Origin: Candidatus Multivoradales bacterium
GTDB lineage: Bacteria; Acidobacteriota; Thermoanaerobaculia; Multivoradales; J023
Reading direction: 5' to 3'
Length of the DNA: 64,000 nt
NCBI GenBank assembly: GCA_965248925.1
Contig: CBDFLE010000005.1
Location: forward strand, 160,001-224,000
The notes under the pieces: generated by a model
Told to the model about the DNA's origin: nothing
Database searches by the model: none
The model's input: only the letters and a program-made list of their open reading frames with translations
Shown: positions 37,179 to 47,234 of the stretch, one piece after another
How the letters are laid out: each line of letters starts with the position of its first letter
Numbering within the stretch: the first letter of the stretch is position 1
Translations under genes and position numbers: made by a program

Positions 37179-37841
37179 ATGGAAGCCTTGATCTTGGTCG
37201 ATGTTCAGAACGACTTCCTTCCCGCGGGTGCATTGGCGGTTCCGACGGGTGACGAAGTCGTGCCGGTGCTCAATCGGCTGCAGGAGGTGTTCTCGCTGAT
37301 CGTTGCCACCAAAGACTGGCATCCCGCTGACCACGGCAGCTTCGCCGCCCAATATCCAGACCGCGAGATCGGCCAAGTGATCGAACTTGGCGGCTTGCAG
37401 CAGGTGCTGTGGCCAACCCACTGCGTGCAGTGGACCGCCGGAGCTGATTTCGCTCCTGGCCTCAAGACCGACAAGCTGGCCCGAGTCTTCACCAAGGGCG
37501 ACGACCCAGGAGTGGATAGCTACAGCGGTTTCTTCGACAATGCCGCCGATCGAGCTTCGGCTCGTGCCACGGGACTCGATGCTTTTCTTCACCGCCGTAG
37601 TGTCGAGCGGGTCTACGTCGGCGGGTTGGCCACTGACTACTGTGTCAAATTGACTGCTCTCGACGCCGTGGCTCTGGGTTTCCAGACCGTGCTGGTGCAG
37701 GACGCCTGTCGGGCGGTAAATCTACGGCCGGGAGACGGTCAGCGGGCCATCGCCGAGATGGCTAGGGCAGGAATCGAGATCCTCGACAGTCACCAGCTGC
37801 TGACCCACCGAACAGCACGAAGTGTCGCCGCCAGCGCTTGA
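37179..37841 (+). CDS. pncA: Nicotinamidase/pyrazinamidase
   Basis: VDVQNDF, DWHPADH, WPTHCV, KG..DSYSGF, GLATDYCV. Confidence 0.96.
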   Translation: MEALILVDVQNDFLPAGALAVPTGDEVVPVLNRLQEVFSLIVATKDWHPADHGSFAAQYPDREIGQVIELGGLQQVLWPTHCVQWTAGADFAPGLKTDKLARVFTKGDDPGVDSYSGFFDNAADRASARATGLDAFLHRRSVERVYVGGLATDYCVKLTALDAVALGFQTVLVQDACRAVNLRPGDGQRAIAEMARAGIEILDSHQLLTHRTARSVAASA

Positions 37842-37989
37842 GTCCACCCCTCCGAGAACGGGTCTTAGCCCTGCCCCAAAGCGGTTAGACGATCTGCGAT
37901 ACCGTCCTCCGCGCGGCGTCACACCACACCGGGGCGCCACCGCGATATGATCCGCCGCACCAATATTCTGCTTCGCCGGCGGGGGAGAC

Positions 37990-39693
37990 ATGTCGCGAAT
38001 TCTCATCACTAGCGCCTTGCCGTACATCAACGGCATCAAGCACCTTGGAAACTTGGTCGGCTCGATGTTGCCAGCCGATGTATACGGCCGTTTTGAGCGC
38101 CAACGCGGTCGCGAGGTGCTGTTGATCTGCGCCACCGACGAGCACGGTACTCCGGCCGAGTTGGCCGCCGCCGAAGCCGGTTTGGAAGTCGAGGAATTCT
38201 GCCTACAACAGCATCAGGCGCAGGCCGAGATCGGCCGCCGTTTTGGCTTGTCCTGGGACTTCTTTGGCCGTTCGTCCTCACCGCAGAATGCCGAGCTAAC
38301 CCGCCATCTGGCAAGTCGTTTGGAGGCCAACGACCTGATCGAGGAGCGGGTCACCGAGCAGGTCTATTCGATCGATGACGGCCGCTTCTTGCCCGATCGC
38401 TACATTGTCGGCACCTGCCCCCACTGCGCGTACGACATGGCCCGCGGCGACCAATGCGAGAATTGCACCCGGGTGCTCGATCCCACCGACCTGCTCGAAC
38501 CGCGCTCGGCGGTGTCGGGCTCGACGAATCTGGAAGTGCGCGAGTCCAGGCACTTATTTTTGCGCCAGTCGCAGATGGTTGGCCGTCTCCGCGAGTGGAT
38601 CGACTCCCACGCCGGCTGGCCGCCGTTGGTCAGTTCGATCGCTCGCAAATGGCTCGACGAAGGGCTGCACGATCGCTGCATTACCCGCGATTTGTCCTGG
38701 GGCATTCCGGTCGATAGGCCAGGTTTCGAGAACAAGGTTTTCTACGTCTGGTTCGACGCTCCGATCGAGTACATCGGTGCCACTCGTGAGTGGGCCGAGG
38801 AGCAGCCGGCGCGGCAGCGCGACTGGAAGTCGTGGTGGTTCGGGGCTGACGACGTGCGCTACCTTCAGTTCATGGCCAAGGATAATGTGCCATTCCACAC
38901 CGTCGGATTTCCGGTCACCTTGATGGGTTCGGGGGAGCCTTGGAAGCTGGTCGACTACGTCAAGGGCTTCAACTGGCTGACCTACTACGGCGGCAAGTTC
39001 TCCACCAGTCAGAAGCGGGGCGTGTTCATGGATCAGGCGCTCGACCTGTTGCCGGCCGATTATTGGCGCTACTATTTGATGGCTAATGCTCCGGAGTCGG
39101 GGGATAGTTCCTTCACTTGGGAGACCTTGCAATCGACGGTCAACAAGGATCTGGCCGACGTGTTTGGCAACTTCGTCAACCGTACGCTTAAATTCTGTGC
39201 GGCTCGTTTTGGCACTGAAGTGCCGGCCGGCGGCAAGACCGGAGCCGTGGAGGCCGAGCTCGAAATAGCCCTGCAGCAGGGAATCGAGGCCTACACCGCC
39301 GAACTCGAAGCACTGCAATACCGCAAGGCGATGCGCCAGTTGCGCGCCTTGTGGGTGCTCGGTAACGACTATTTTCAACGCTCCGAGCCGTGGGCGGTGA
39401 TCAAGCAAGATCCCGATCGCGCGGCGATGATTCTGCGCACCGCCATCCAGTTGGTACGCCTCTTTGCTCTGCTTTCCTGGCCGGTGATTCCACACCGCGC
39501 CGAGCACCTGCTGCACGCCCTCGGCCAGGCTCCCGAGGGCGTTCCTGACTGGCCGGCCAGCGCCGCCGAGGCGCTCCGCGCTTTGGCCCCAGGCCATCCC
39601 TTCGAGGTGCCTGAGGTCCTGTTCCAGAAGCTCACCGACCAGCAAGTGGAGGAGTGGGCGGAGCGCTTCGCCGGTGAGCCGGGCAAGGGTTGA
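37990..39693 (+). CDS. metG: Methionine--tRNA ligase (no C-terminal tRNA-binding domain)
   Basis: ALPY.NG..HLGN, CPHC..GDQCENC zinc knuckle, YVWFDA, KFSTS. Confidence 0.96.
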   Translation: MSRILITSALPYINGIKHLGNLVGSMLPADVYGRFERQRGREVLLICATDEHGTPAELAAAEAGLEVEEFCLQQHQAQAEIGRRFGLSWDFFGRSSSPQNAELTRHLASRLEANDLIEERVTEQVYSIDDGRFLPDRYIVGTCPHCAYDMARGDQCENCTRVLDPTDLLEPRSAVSGSTNLEVRESRHLFLRQSQMVGRLREWIDSHAGWPPLVSSIARKWLDEGLHDRCITRDLSWGIPVDRPGFENKVFYVWFDAPIEYIGATREWAEEQPARQRDWKSWWFGADDVRYLQFMAKDNVPFHTVGFPVTLMGSGEPWKLVDYVKGFNWLTYYGGKFSTSQKRGVFMDQALDLLPADYWRYYLMANAPESGDSSFTWETLQSTVNKDLADVFGNFVNRTLKFCAARFGTEVPAGGKTGAVEAELEIALQQGIEAYTAELEALQYRKAMRQLRALWVLGNDYFQRSEPWAVIKQDPDRAAMILRTAIQLVRLFALLSWPVIPHRAEHLLHALGQAPEGVPDWPASAAEALRALAPGHPFEVPEVLFQKLTDQQVEEWAERFAGEPGKG

Positions 39694-39703
39694 ACACCCG
39701 ATC

Positions 39704-40720
39704 TCAGGTTGGGCCGAATACCAGCAGGCCATGGTACTTCGGCCCTTCGCCGCAGCCCGCAAATCCGTTCGTTGCCCAGGCCGCTGACAATTCGAGGGCT
39801 TCGGTAGCGGTCGGTAAATGAGCGAGTAAGGTGGTCAACCAGTCGAGCCCTGGTCCTATTGGGCCGGCTGGCCGAACAAAACGATTGCGCTTGTAGTCGG
39901 CCAGAACCTCAGCCGGCCGCCGGCGGTGGGCGCGTTGGCGGTAGACCTCGAGCAGCAGCGATTGCAGCTCCGTAGGGCGCAGTTTCTCGGCGAGGATTGT
40001 CGCCAGATTCTCAATCCCGGCAAGGCGCTCGGCGCGGTGTTTCAAGAATCTTTCGAGGTTGCGTAGTCGGCGATGGTCGATGTTGGCGTCGGCCTCGGCG
40101 ACGCCGTAGGCGGTTGCATCGAGCAGGATGTCTTGATGGATCAACTGTTGCAGGTCGAAGCCACTGTGACGGTAGGCGCGCACCACCACGTCAACACCGC
40201 AGCCTACCGCCCAGCCGGGGTCACCGCCGGGGTAGGGTAGTTCGCTGTAGCTGGCGTCGTAGCGCGGTCCCTGCTCCACCGACAGGCGGGCTCCCGAAAC
40301 CAGCCGAGCGAGCTGGCCGTGAAGCGCTGCCTGGCCAGCGAAGCGCAGCTCTAGCACCCCTCCCGGCAGGATCTCGAATTGGGGATTTGCGGCGCTGGTC
40401 AAGGAGAAGGTGACTCGAGTGGCCGGCTCCGCAGCGTCGATCGGTTCCACCCACACTTTGTCGACCGTTCCCCCGCCGGCTAACTGCCGGGCCTGCGTCA
40501 CCCGCACTGGCCGCAGTTCGACGGCGACCCCGCTGAGGCCGTCCGGGGCCACTCTGTAGTCAACTTCTTGGTCGGTTCGTATCCGCGCCACGGTCTCCTC
40601 GGCACTTACTTCTATCTCGACTCCTAGAAGTTCTGCCGCCGGCAGATGGACGGTGGGCAGCGCGGCCAAGAACAGGCCGAGCAATGTAACGCGGAGGATA
40701 CTGTTGGCGAGTGTGCTCAT
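39704..40720 (-). pseudogene. Exported DUF1287 (YijF)-like gene, apparently truncated and fused to an unrelated fragment
   Basis: Signal peptide; YDASY..LPYPGGD, DVVVRAYR, DLQQLIH.D, DANIDHRR motifs; the expected downstream GDIV/HIG part is missing. Confidence 0.55.
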
Positions 40721-40927
40721 CTTTGGCTTGGCGGTGAGCGCTGGTCATGGCAGCAACGCCGCCCTACTTCTACCCGGCGGAGGTTACGAATCTGCTTACT
40801 ACTTCTCTAATTTTCGGTTTTGGCTGGTGAGTGGTTCGCCGATCATATGCGATAGCACCAGAGGGCAGAACTCGGCACTCGCCCAGCAATGCTGACCGTG
40901 ACCAGACCTTGAATGGAAAGCGCGGGC

Positions 40928-43186
40928 TCAGTCTCCGTTTGGGGCGGTCGGCCGCGGTGCCAGATGCTCGGCGAAGAAACTCATGATGCGGCCATAGAGG
41001 CGTTCGCTGACCAGGGGGTCGGGAACCATGTGGGTGAATCCCGCCAAGGCCAGGAAGTCGTGCTGTTTGCCGGCGCGAAAGAGGGCGTTCGACATCTTCA
41101 AGGCGTGCATGAAATAGACGTTGTCGTCGGCGGTGCCGTGGATGATCAGCAGTGGCCGTTCGAGTTTGTCGGCCTGGCTAAGTACTGAGGTCGAGCGGTA
41201 GCCCTCGGGATTTTCCGCCGGCAGCCCCATGTAGCGCTCGGTGTAGTGGGTGTCGTAGTCACGCCAGTCGGCTACCGGCGCGCCGACCACCGCGGCGTGG
41301 AAAACATCGCCGCGTTGCATGGCCGCGTGGGCCGAGAAGTAGCCGCCGAACGACCAGCCATAGATTCCCACCCGTTCCATGTCCATCTCGGCGAAGCGTC
41401 GGCCGAGGCTTTGCAAGACAGCGACTTGGTCGACCAGAGGCAGGGTGATCAAATCATGGCGGATGCTGCGTTCCCAGGCGCGGCCGCGGTGCGGAGTGCC
41501 TCTGCCGTCGATCCACAGCACGATGTAGCCGTGGTCGGCCATCCACTGGTCGAAGACGAATCGGCTCGCCTGCCGGGTGACGCGCTGGGAATGCGGGCCG
41601 CCATAGACATGGAGGACCACGGGGTATTGGTGCGTGGGATCGAAATCCCGCGGTCGCAGCAAGGCGGCGTGGTATGTGCGGCCATCGATCTCGGCGCTGA
41701 CCCATTGGGGATTCGTTGAAAAGTTCGGCTGGTCGGCCACCGAGTGCAGCTCGGCGCGCTGGCGGCCACTGCCATCGGTGACGATCCAATCGTCCACACC
41801 GGTGGCCGGCGAACGGTGCAGCATGCGCAGCCGGCCGGAAGTCGAGAATTTGCCATCGACGATGCCGTCGTAGTCGCCAATCTTGCTCGCCGTGCCGCCG
41901 TTGAGTGATAGGTGGTAGAGGTGAGCGCGGGTCGGATCGTTGCCGCTGGCCTGGATGAACACTTCGCCGCGTTCTTCGTCGAGGTGGACAAAGCTGCGGT
42001 AGCCCAGCTCCGGGGCGGTCAGGCGGCCGAGGGGAGAACCGTCGGCGGCGCGGCGCTCTAGACACCAGGCGCCATCGCGCTCGCTGGTCCACAGGAAGCT
42101 GCGGCCGTCCGCTAGCCAATGGGGCATCTGGGGGTCGAGGTTGATCCACGCGGTGTCGGTCTCGACCAACAGCTTGCGGCTGGCACCGATTTCGGGGTCG
42201 ACTACTAGGACGGCGAGTTCGGTCTGCTGGCGGTTCTGCACCACCAGGGTCAAAGGTGCGTCTTGCTCCCAGCGTACCCGGGTCAGATAGGGATAGCGCT
42301 GCTGGTCCCACTGCGCCCATACGGTCTTGCCGCCAGCGATCGGCAGGATGCCCAGTTTGACCTTGACGTTCTTTTCGCCTGGACGGGGATAGGGCGATTC
42401 TTGAACCGGCTGGGTGGGATCGGCCGGGTCTGCAATGCGGAAGGTCTCCATGCCCTCAGTGTCGTTGCGTTGGTACGCCAGGTGGCTGCCGTCCGGCGAC
42501 CACCAGAAACCGTGGTGCCGGCCCATCTCCTCTTGGGCGACGAACTCCGCCGCGCCATAGCTGATGTGGGGCGAGACGCTGAGGGTCAGCCGGTGGTGCT
42601 GGCCGCTCTCCAGCTCGACCACCCACAAATCTCGGTGGGCGACGTAGGCTATGCGGTCGCCGGCCGGAGAGAGCTGCGGGTCGATGGGGAAGCCGGCCGC
42701 CACTTCGATCTTGCGCACCGCGCCATCGCTGCGTTGGTAGAGATAGAGGTCGCCGGAAAGGGGGGCGAGAATCTGGCTTTCATCGGCTGACAGGCTGTAG
42801 CTGGCGATGCCGCGAGTGGCGAGTCGCTGACGTTCGCGGCGGGCTTGTTCTTCGGCGGTGAGTTCTTCTGCGGCGCCGCCGAGCAGGTCGGCGGCGGTCA
42901 GCAGACGGCGTTCTTTGCCGGTCGCCGGGTCGAGTTGCCAGAGATCGGTGACGAAGCTGCGCGGCTCGGAGCGGAGGAAGAAGATCGCGTCGTTGGCCAC
43001 CTCGATCGCGGTGGGTTGACCGAGACGAAAGCTCAGGGTCTCGGCGTAGTCGCGCAAGAAACTCGAATCGGCGACCTCGGCCTTGGCGTTGGTTGCTAGC
43101 AAGCCAACCCACAACATGGCGCAAGCCACAGTGCTTACAAACCTCGGGCCGGTGGTCAATCGCGCGAGTAGCGAAGGATTAGACAA
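40928..43186 (-). CDS. S9-family dipeptidyl peptidase IV-like protein
   Basis: QEEM, GWSFGG, HGTADDNV, catalytic His region; TTG start 43186 with GAGGAGG RBS. Confidence 0.93.
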   Translation of the reverse strand: MSNPSLLARLTTGPRFVSTVACAMLWVGLLATNAKAEVADSSFLRDYAETLSFRLGQPTAIEVANDAIFFLRSEPRSFVTDLWQLDPATGKERRLLTAADLLGGAAEELTAEEQARRERQRLATRGIASYSLSADESQILAPLSGDLYLYQRSDGAVRKIEVAAGFPIDPQLSPAGDRIAYVAHRDLWVVELESGQHHRLTLSVSPHISYGAAEFVAQEEMGRHHGFWWSPDGSHLAYQRNDTEGMETFRIADPADPTQPVQESPYPRPGEKNVKVKLGILPIAGGKTVWAQWDQQRYPYLTRVRWEQDAPLTLVVQNRQQTELAVLVVDPEIGASRKLLVETDTAWINLDPQMPHWLADGRSFLWTSERDGAWCLERRAADGSPLGRLTAPELGYRSFVHLDEERGEVFIQASGNDPTRAHLYHLSLNGGTASKIGDYDGIVDGKFSTSGRLRMLHRSPATGVDDWIVTDGSGRQRAELHSVADQPNFSTNPQWVSAEIDGRTYHAALLRPRDFDPTHQYPVVLHVYGGPHSQRVTRQASRFVFDQWMADHGYIVLWIDGRGTPHRGRAWERSIRHDLITLPLVDQVAVLQSLGRRFAEMDMERVGIYGWSFGGYFSAHAAMQRGDVFHAAVVGAPVADWRDYDTHYTERYMGLPAENPEGYRSTSVLSQADKLERPLLIIHGTADDNVYFMHALKMSNALFRAGKQHDFLALAGFTHMVPDPLVSERLYGRIMSFFAEHLAPRPTAPNGD

Positions 43187-43229
43187 GGCTTCTACCTCCT
43201 CGGAGTGTGATGCGATGTGAGTCGGGCGC

Positions 43230-44423
43230 TCAGTCGGACAGTGCTTGGTCGAGATCGGCCAACAGGTCGTCGATGTCTTCGATGCCAGCACTGACTCGCA
43301 CCAGATCGTCGTCGATTCCCAGCTTGGCACGCTTCTCAGCCGGTACTGAAGCGTGGGTCATGGTGGTCGGGTGGTTGATCAAGGACTCCACGCCACCGAG
43401 GGACTCGGCGATCTGGAACAGGCGCAGCTTCTCGAGGAAACGGCGCGCGCCCGCGAATCCCCCCTGAGCATAGAACGAGATCATGCCGCCGGCACCACTC
43501 ATCTGGCGACGGTAGAGTTCATACTGGGGATGGGAAGCCAAGCCGGGGTAGATCACTTTGCCGACCCGCGGGTCGTCTTCCAGCCATTGGGCGATGCGTT
43601 GGCCGTTGCTGCTGTGACGCTCGATTCGGATTGCCAGGGTCTTGATGCCGCGCAGGGTCAAGTAGGCATCGAAAGGTGCCATGATCGGACCGCTCGAGTT
43701 TTGCAAAAAGCGCAGCCGTTCGGCCAGCGCTGGGTCGCCGGTGACCAGCACGCCGCCCACCGAGTCAGAATGACCGTTGAGATATTTGGTGCTCGAGTGC
43801 ATGGCGATGTCGAATCCGTGGTCCAACGGACGTTGCAGCATCGGTGAACCGAATGTGTTGTCGCAGATCAGCAGGACCTCGGGGTTGATCTCCTTCGCCT
43901 GGCTCGCGATGGCGCTGAGATCGGCGAGTTTCATCATCGGATTGGTCGGCGTTTCGACCCACACCATACGGGTGTCGGCGGTCATCGCGCCGCCAAAGGC
44001 GTCGAGATCCGCGAGATCGGTGTAGATCGGCACTAAACCTTGAGTTCGCTCCCGCACCATGCTCAGCAAGCGCCGCGAGCCGCCGTAGAGGTCGTCCATC
44101 ACGACTAGGCGGGAGCCTTGATCGAGCAGATCGAGGGCCACTGACATCGCCGCCATGCCGGAGGCGAAGGCGAATCCTCCGCGGCTAGGATCAGTTTCTT
44201 CGCTGATTCGCGAGCCTTCGAGAGTCGCTACCAACCGCTCCAGGGCATAGCGGGTAGGGTTGTGGGAGCGTGAATACTCGTAGCCCTGGTGGGCGCCGGG
44301 CGAATTCTGAGCATAAGTCGAGGAGAGAAAAATGGGCGGCATCACGGCGCCGGTGACGGGCTCTGCTTGTTGGCCGCCGTGCAGCGCCATGGTGCCCGGC
44401 TTGTGGTCGGGATTATGGGTCAT
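43230..44423 (-). CDS. Cystathionine gamma-lyase/synthase family PLP enzyme
   Basis: YEYSRSHNPTR, FASGMAA, ETPTNP, DNTF, HSSTKYLNGHSD, AESLGGVESL. Confidence 0.93.
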   Translation of the reverse strand: MTHNPDHKPGTMALHGGQQAEPVTGAVMPPIFLSSTYAQNSPGAHQGYEYSRSHNPTRYALERLVATLEGSRISEETDPSRGGFAFASGMAAMSVALDLLDQGSRLVVMDDLYGGSRRLLSMVRERTQGLVPIYTDLADLDAFGGAMTADTRMVWVETPTNPMMKLADLSAIASQAKEINPEVLLICDNTFGSPMLQRPLDHGFDIAMHSSTKYLNGHSDSVGGVLVTGDPALAERLRFLQNSSGPIMAPFDAYLTLRGIKTLAIRIERHSSNGQRIAQWLEDDPRVGKVIYPGLASHPQYELYRRQMSGAGGMISFYAQGGFAGARRFLEKLRLFQIAESLGGVESLINHPTTMTHASVPAEKRAKLGIDDDLVRVSAGIEDIDDLLADLDQALSD

Positions 44424-44509
44424 CTAATGGGGCTCCTGAGGATCGGACCGGCGGCGCATCCCAGCGGTCGCGGCGCATTATACGCTGGCCGGAAGAGCAG
44501 ATAGCCGGC

Positions 44510-46273
44510 TCAGGGCAAGGAGCTGGTCCAACTCGTCAAATCGCCACTCTCGAAACCATCAGCGAAGATTGGATCAGCGAAAAAGCAGCCGGCGAAGCGG
44601 AAACTGCACACTCGGGTGGACCAGCTCGAAGCGCTGGTGGTGGTGAGGTATTGGGAAGTCAAATAGAAAGTGCAGTCGTCGGCCGGATCGACGCTGATCG
44701 AGGCGTGGTCGCCCCAGCGCGGGTTGACGATCTGTGAGCCGCCGCCGGCGACGCAGCTGACCTCCGCTTGCAGGGTGCCGGCGGGGTCGCTGGCGGCGCG
44801 ACCGCTGTAGCGGATCGCTGGGGCGGTGCTGGCGCTACCAATCGAGAATCCGATGCCGAGGTTGCGCGCGAAATCGAGGGCGGCGGTGGGCAGCCAGCGA
44901 TTTTCGCCGTCGGCGGGAGCGAAAGTACCTTGGTCGAGCACTGACTCCGCGATCAGATCGAGTTCGACCCAGCGCACTCCGGCGCGGTCGCTACCGACAT
45001 CGACAGTGTGGCTGAGCATAGTCACCAGGGCGGGGGTGGAATCGCGCCAATAGCGGGTCGAGGCGCGATAAGAGGTGAAGTCGGCGTGGGTTTCGAGCAG
45101 GTTGGCGGTGCCGGGTTGGGGGATGCAGGGCAGAGAGCCGCAGAGTTCGCTATCGTAGTCCACCCCAGCGTCGATCAGCGTGGGGATGCTCAAGGTGGAA
45201 GCCGCGGGCGTGGCCCAATCGGGACATAGCTGCCATAGGCGATAGCCATCGGTGGGCGCGGTGGGACCGGTGAGGACGAAGAATTCATCGTCCCACTGTT
45301 GCAAGAATCGTGGGCAGCTGCCGGCGGGTACTGGATAGGGGCCGGTCAGGTGGGCTGGCAGCACACCGAAGAACACCTCTTCGACGCTGGACAGTTGGCG
45401 AAAACGTACCATTGCCGGCGCCCCGCCTCCAGCCAGCATCACTTCGCGCTCCAGAGCGGCCAGCGAGACGCCGGTGAAGTCACCGCTGCTGCTGACATAA
45501 TCATTGCTGGTCAAGGTGTAGGCCGAGGCCGAGCCGTCCTCGTCGACCCAGATGCCGAGCTTAGGGCGATCATTGAATAGGCTATCGCTGTAGACCAGCT
45601 CGTAACGATGGAACGGGCCCAGTGGACTGCCACCAGTGCTGATGGCGAAGCATTGGCGGCCGTTGGCGAAGCCGGAACCAACGTGCTGGCTGAATACCCA
45701 GCGGGCGGCAAAACGGTCGTAGAGCACCAGCGGCAGGCCGGCGTTTTCGCTTTGGCAGGGGCCGCCGAAGCCGGCCCAGAAAGTGTTGCCGGCGAAGGGA
45801 CCAGCGATCCGCGCACCGCTGATTTTGTTGAGCACCAGCCAGCCTTTGTTGACATATTGGACGAAAAAGTTACCACCGACATCACCGTTGGCCGCCGGTG
45901 GCACGGTTGTGCCTGCGTTGTCGGTGCTGTCGTAGCCATCGACGCTCAGCATCAAGGCGGGGGCGCGCAGTGCACTTTGGCTGAGCTGTACCGGGTCTGA
46001 GCCGTCCGGCGAGCGCCGCCCTCCTCTCAACAGGGCGGCCGGGCGCCGCGGTCCGGCTTGCACCTGAGTGACGCTGTCGGCTTGCTCGCTGGGTTGTCGG
46101 GAGTGGATCTCGAGCAGCCCAGCGAGGGACGGCGACAGATCGTGGCGGATGGCATGGCCAACCTCGGGTGAGGTGCTTGCCAGGGCGGGCAGGGTGCCGC
46201 CAAAGGCCAGGCTCAAGATGAGCAGGAGGATTGCTGTTTGCAATCGGTTCGAGGGGTCGCTCCACTGCTGCAT
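44510..46273 (-). CDS. Secreted hypothetical protein with C-terminal IFADGFESG tail
   Basis: Signal peptide; PP.NGDVG, YDRFA.RW, RWGD..S.DP.DDCTF motifs; ends DPIFADGFESGDLTSW. Confidence 0.8.
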   Translation of the reverse strand: MQQWSDPSNRLQTAILLLILSLAFGGTLPALASTSPEVGHAIRHDLSPSLAGLLEIHSRQPSEQADSVTQVQAGPRRPAALLRGGRRSPDGSDPVQLSQSALRAPALMLSVDGYDSTDNAGTTVPPAANGDVGGNFFVQYVNKGWLVLNKISGARIAGPFAGNTFWAGFGGPCQSENAGLPLVLYDRFAARWVFSQHVGSGFANGRQCFAISTGGSPLGPFHRYELVYSDSLFNDRPKLGIWVDEDGSASAYTLTSNDYVSSSGDFTGVSLAALEREVMLAGGGAPAMVRFRQLSSVEEVFFGVLPAHLTGPYPVPAGSCPRFLQQWDDEFFVLTGPTAPTDGYRLWQLCPDWATPAASTLSIPTLIDAGVDYDSELCGSLPCIPQPGTANLLETHADFTSYRASTRYWRDSTPALVTMLSHTVDVGSDRAGVRWVELDLIAESVLDQGTFAPADGENRWLPTAALDFARNLGIGFSIGSASTAPAIRYSGRAASDPAGTLQAEVSCVAGGGSQIVNPRWGDHASISVDPADDCTFYLTSQYLTTTSASSWSTRVCSFRFAGCFFADPIFADGFESGDLTSWTSSLP

Positions 46274-46341
46274 GGTCTTCCTCCGACTTGCTGTGATGCG
46301 GCCCACCGTCGGCGGTGGCTGAATTGAAGGGCCGCGAGTGC

Positions 46342-47016
46342 TTACACCTCGTCGCGCTGGAAGGCGGTGGCCAGGGCGTCGGCGTACTCGTTCCAGCGGC
46401 AGCCGTTGTGAGCCTTGATCCAGCGCAGGCTGGCTTTGGGGCGGGTGTGCTTGAGGCGCCAGGCTTCTTGCACCAGTTCGAGGTTTTCTACCGGCCCGGT
46501 CTTGCGTTTCCAGCCCAAGCGCTGCCAGCCGGCGGCCCACTCGTTGAGGGTTTTGACGCAGAGGTTGGAGTCGGACCAGAGGGTGACTTCATCTTCGGCG
46601 CCGATCATCTTGTAGGCTTCGATCAGCGCCAGCAACTCCATCCGATTGTTGGTGGTGTGGGCGTCGGAGCCGTAGCGGCGGTCGTGGACCTCGCCGTCCT
46701 TGACCCACACCGCGCCCCAGCCTCCTGGGCCGGGGTTGCCGGTGCAGGCGCCGTCGGTGAAGACTCCGTCTTGCGGTCCCTCGGTGTACTTTTCCAGCAC
46801 CTGGGCGGTGGTGTGGCCGTCTTCGGGGGGCTTGGTGCGGCGGCGACTTCTCTTTTTCTTGGCCGGTGGCTTCTTGGCACCGGGGGCAGTCTTGCTGCTC
46901 TTGTTCTTGCAGGGCAGGCAAATGGAGGGCTGCCAGCCGGGAAAGCGGGCGAGAACGTCGTCGCGGACGGAGAATTCCGTGCTGCACTGACGGCAGGTGA
47001 AAGTCTTGCTAGCCAT
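46342..47016 (-). CDS. rnhA: Ribonuclease HI with an N-terminal CxxC...CxxC domain
   Basis: TDGACTGNPGPGGWG, TTNNRMEL, SDS, WIKAH, NEYADALA. Confidence 0.92.
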   Translation of the reverse strand: MASKTFTCRQCSTEFSVRDDVLARFPGWQPSICLPCKNKSSKTAPGAKKPPAKKKRSRRRTKPPEDGHTTAQVLEKYTEGPQDGVFTDGACTGNPGPGGWGAVWVKDGEVHDRRYGSDAHTTNNRMELLALIEAYKMIGAEDEVTLWSDSNLCVKTLNEWAAGWQRLGWKRKTGPVENLELVQEAWRLKHTRPKASLRWIKAHNGCRWNEYADALATAFQRDEV

Positions 47017-47234
47017 GATGCTCCTACTTTGCTTGGGACCGGCGGCAAGGTATCACAGCCTGGGCGGAGGAGTGCCCGGAAGCCGCACGCGGCGGGTTTG
47101 CCGTAGTTGGGCGAGTGCGGCTACCGGGCAGCTGGTGGGCGACTCGCTCGGCTGATCTCTGCTTGACCTCTTTGGTTGGATCACCCAGACTCAATTCTCG
47201 CTGCCGCTAATCGTGATCAACGCGTGGGGTTCGA

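Noticed and set aside
37842-37989. Possible SAM riboswitch or T-box upstream of metG
   Set aside because: No SAM-I/II or T-box consensus elements are visible
38554-39762. 402-aa antisense ORF over metG, and similar long shadow ORFs over Rhs, nadE and the kinase
   Set aside because: Expected from GC3 codon bias on the opposite strand; no protein motifs
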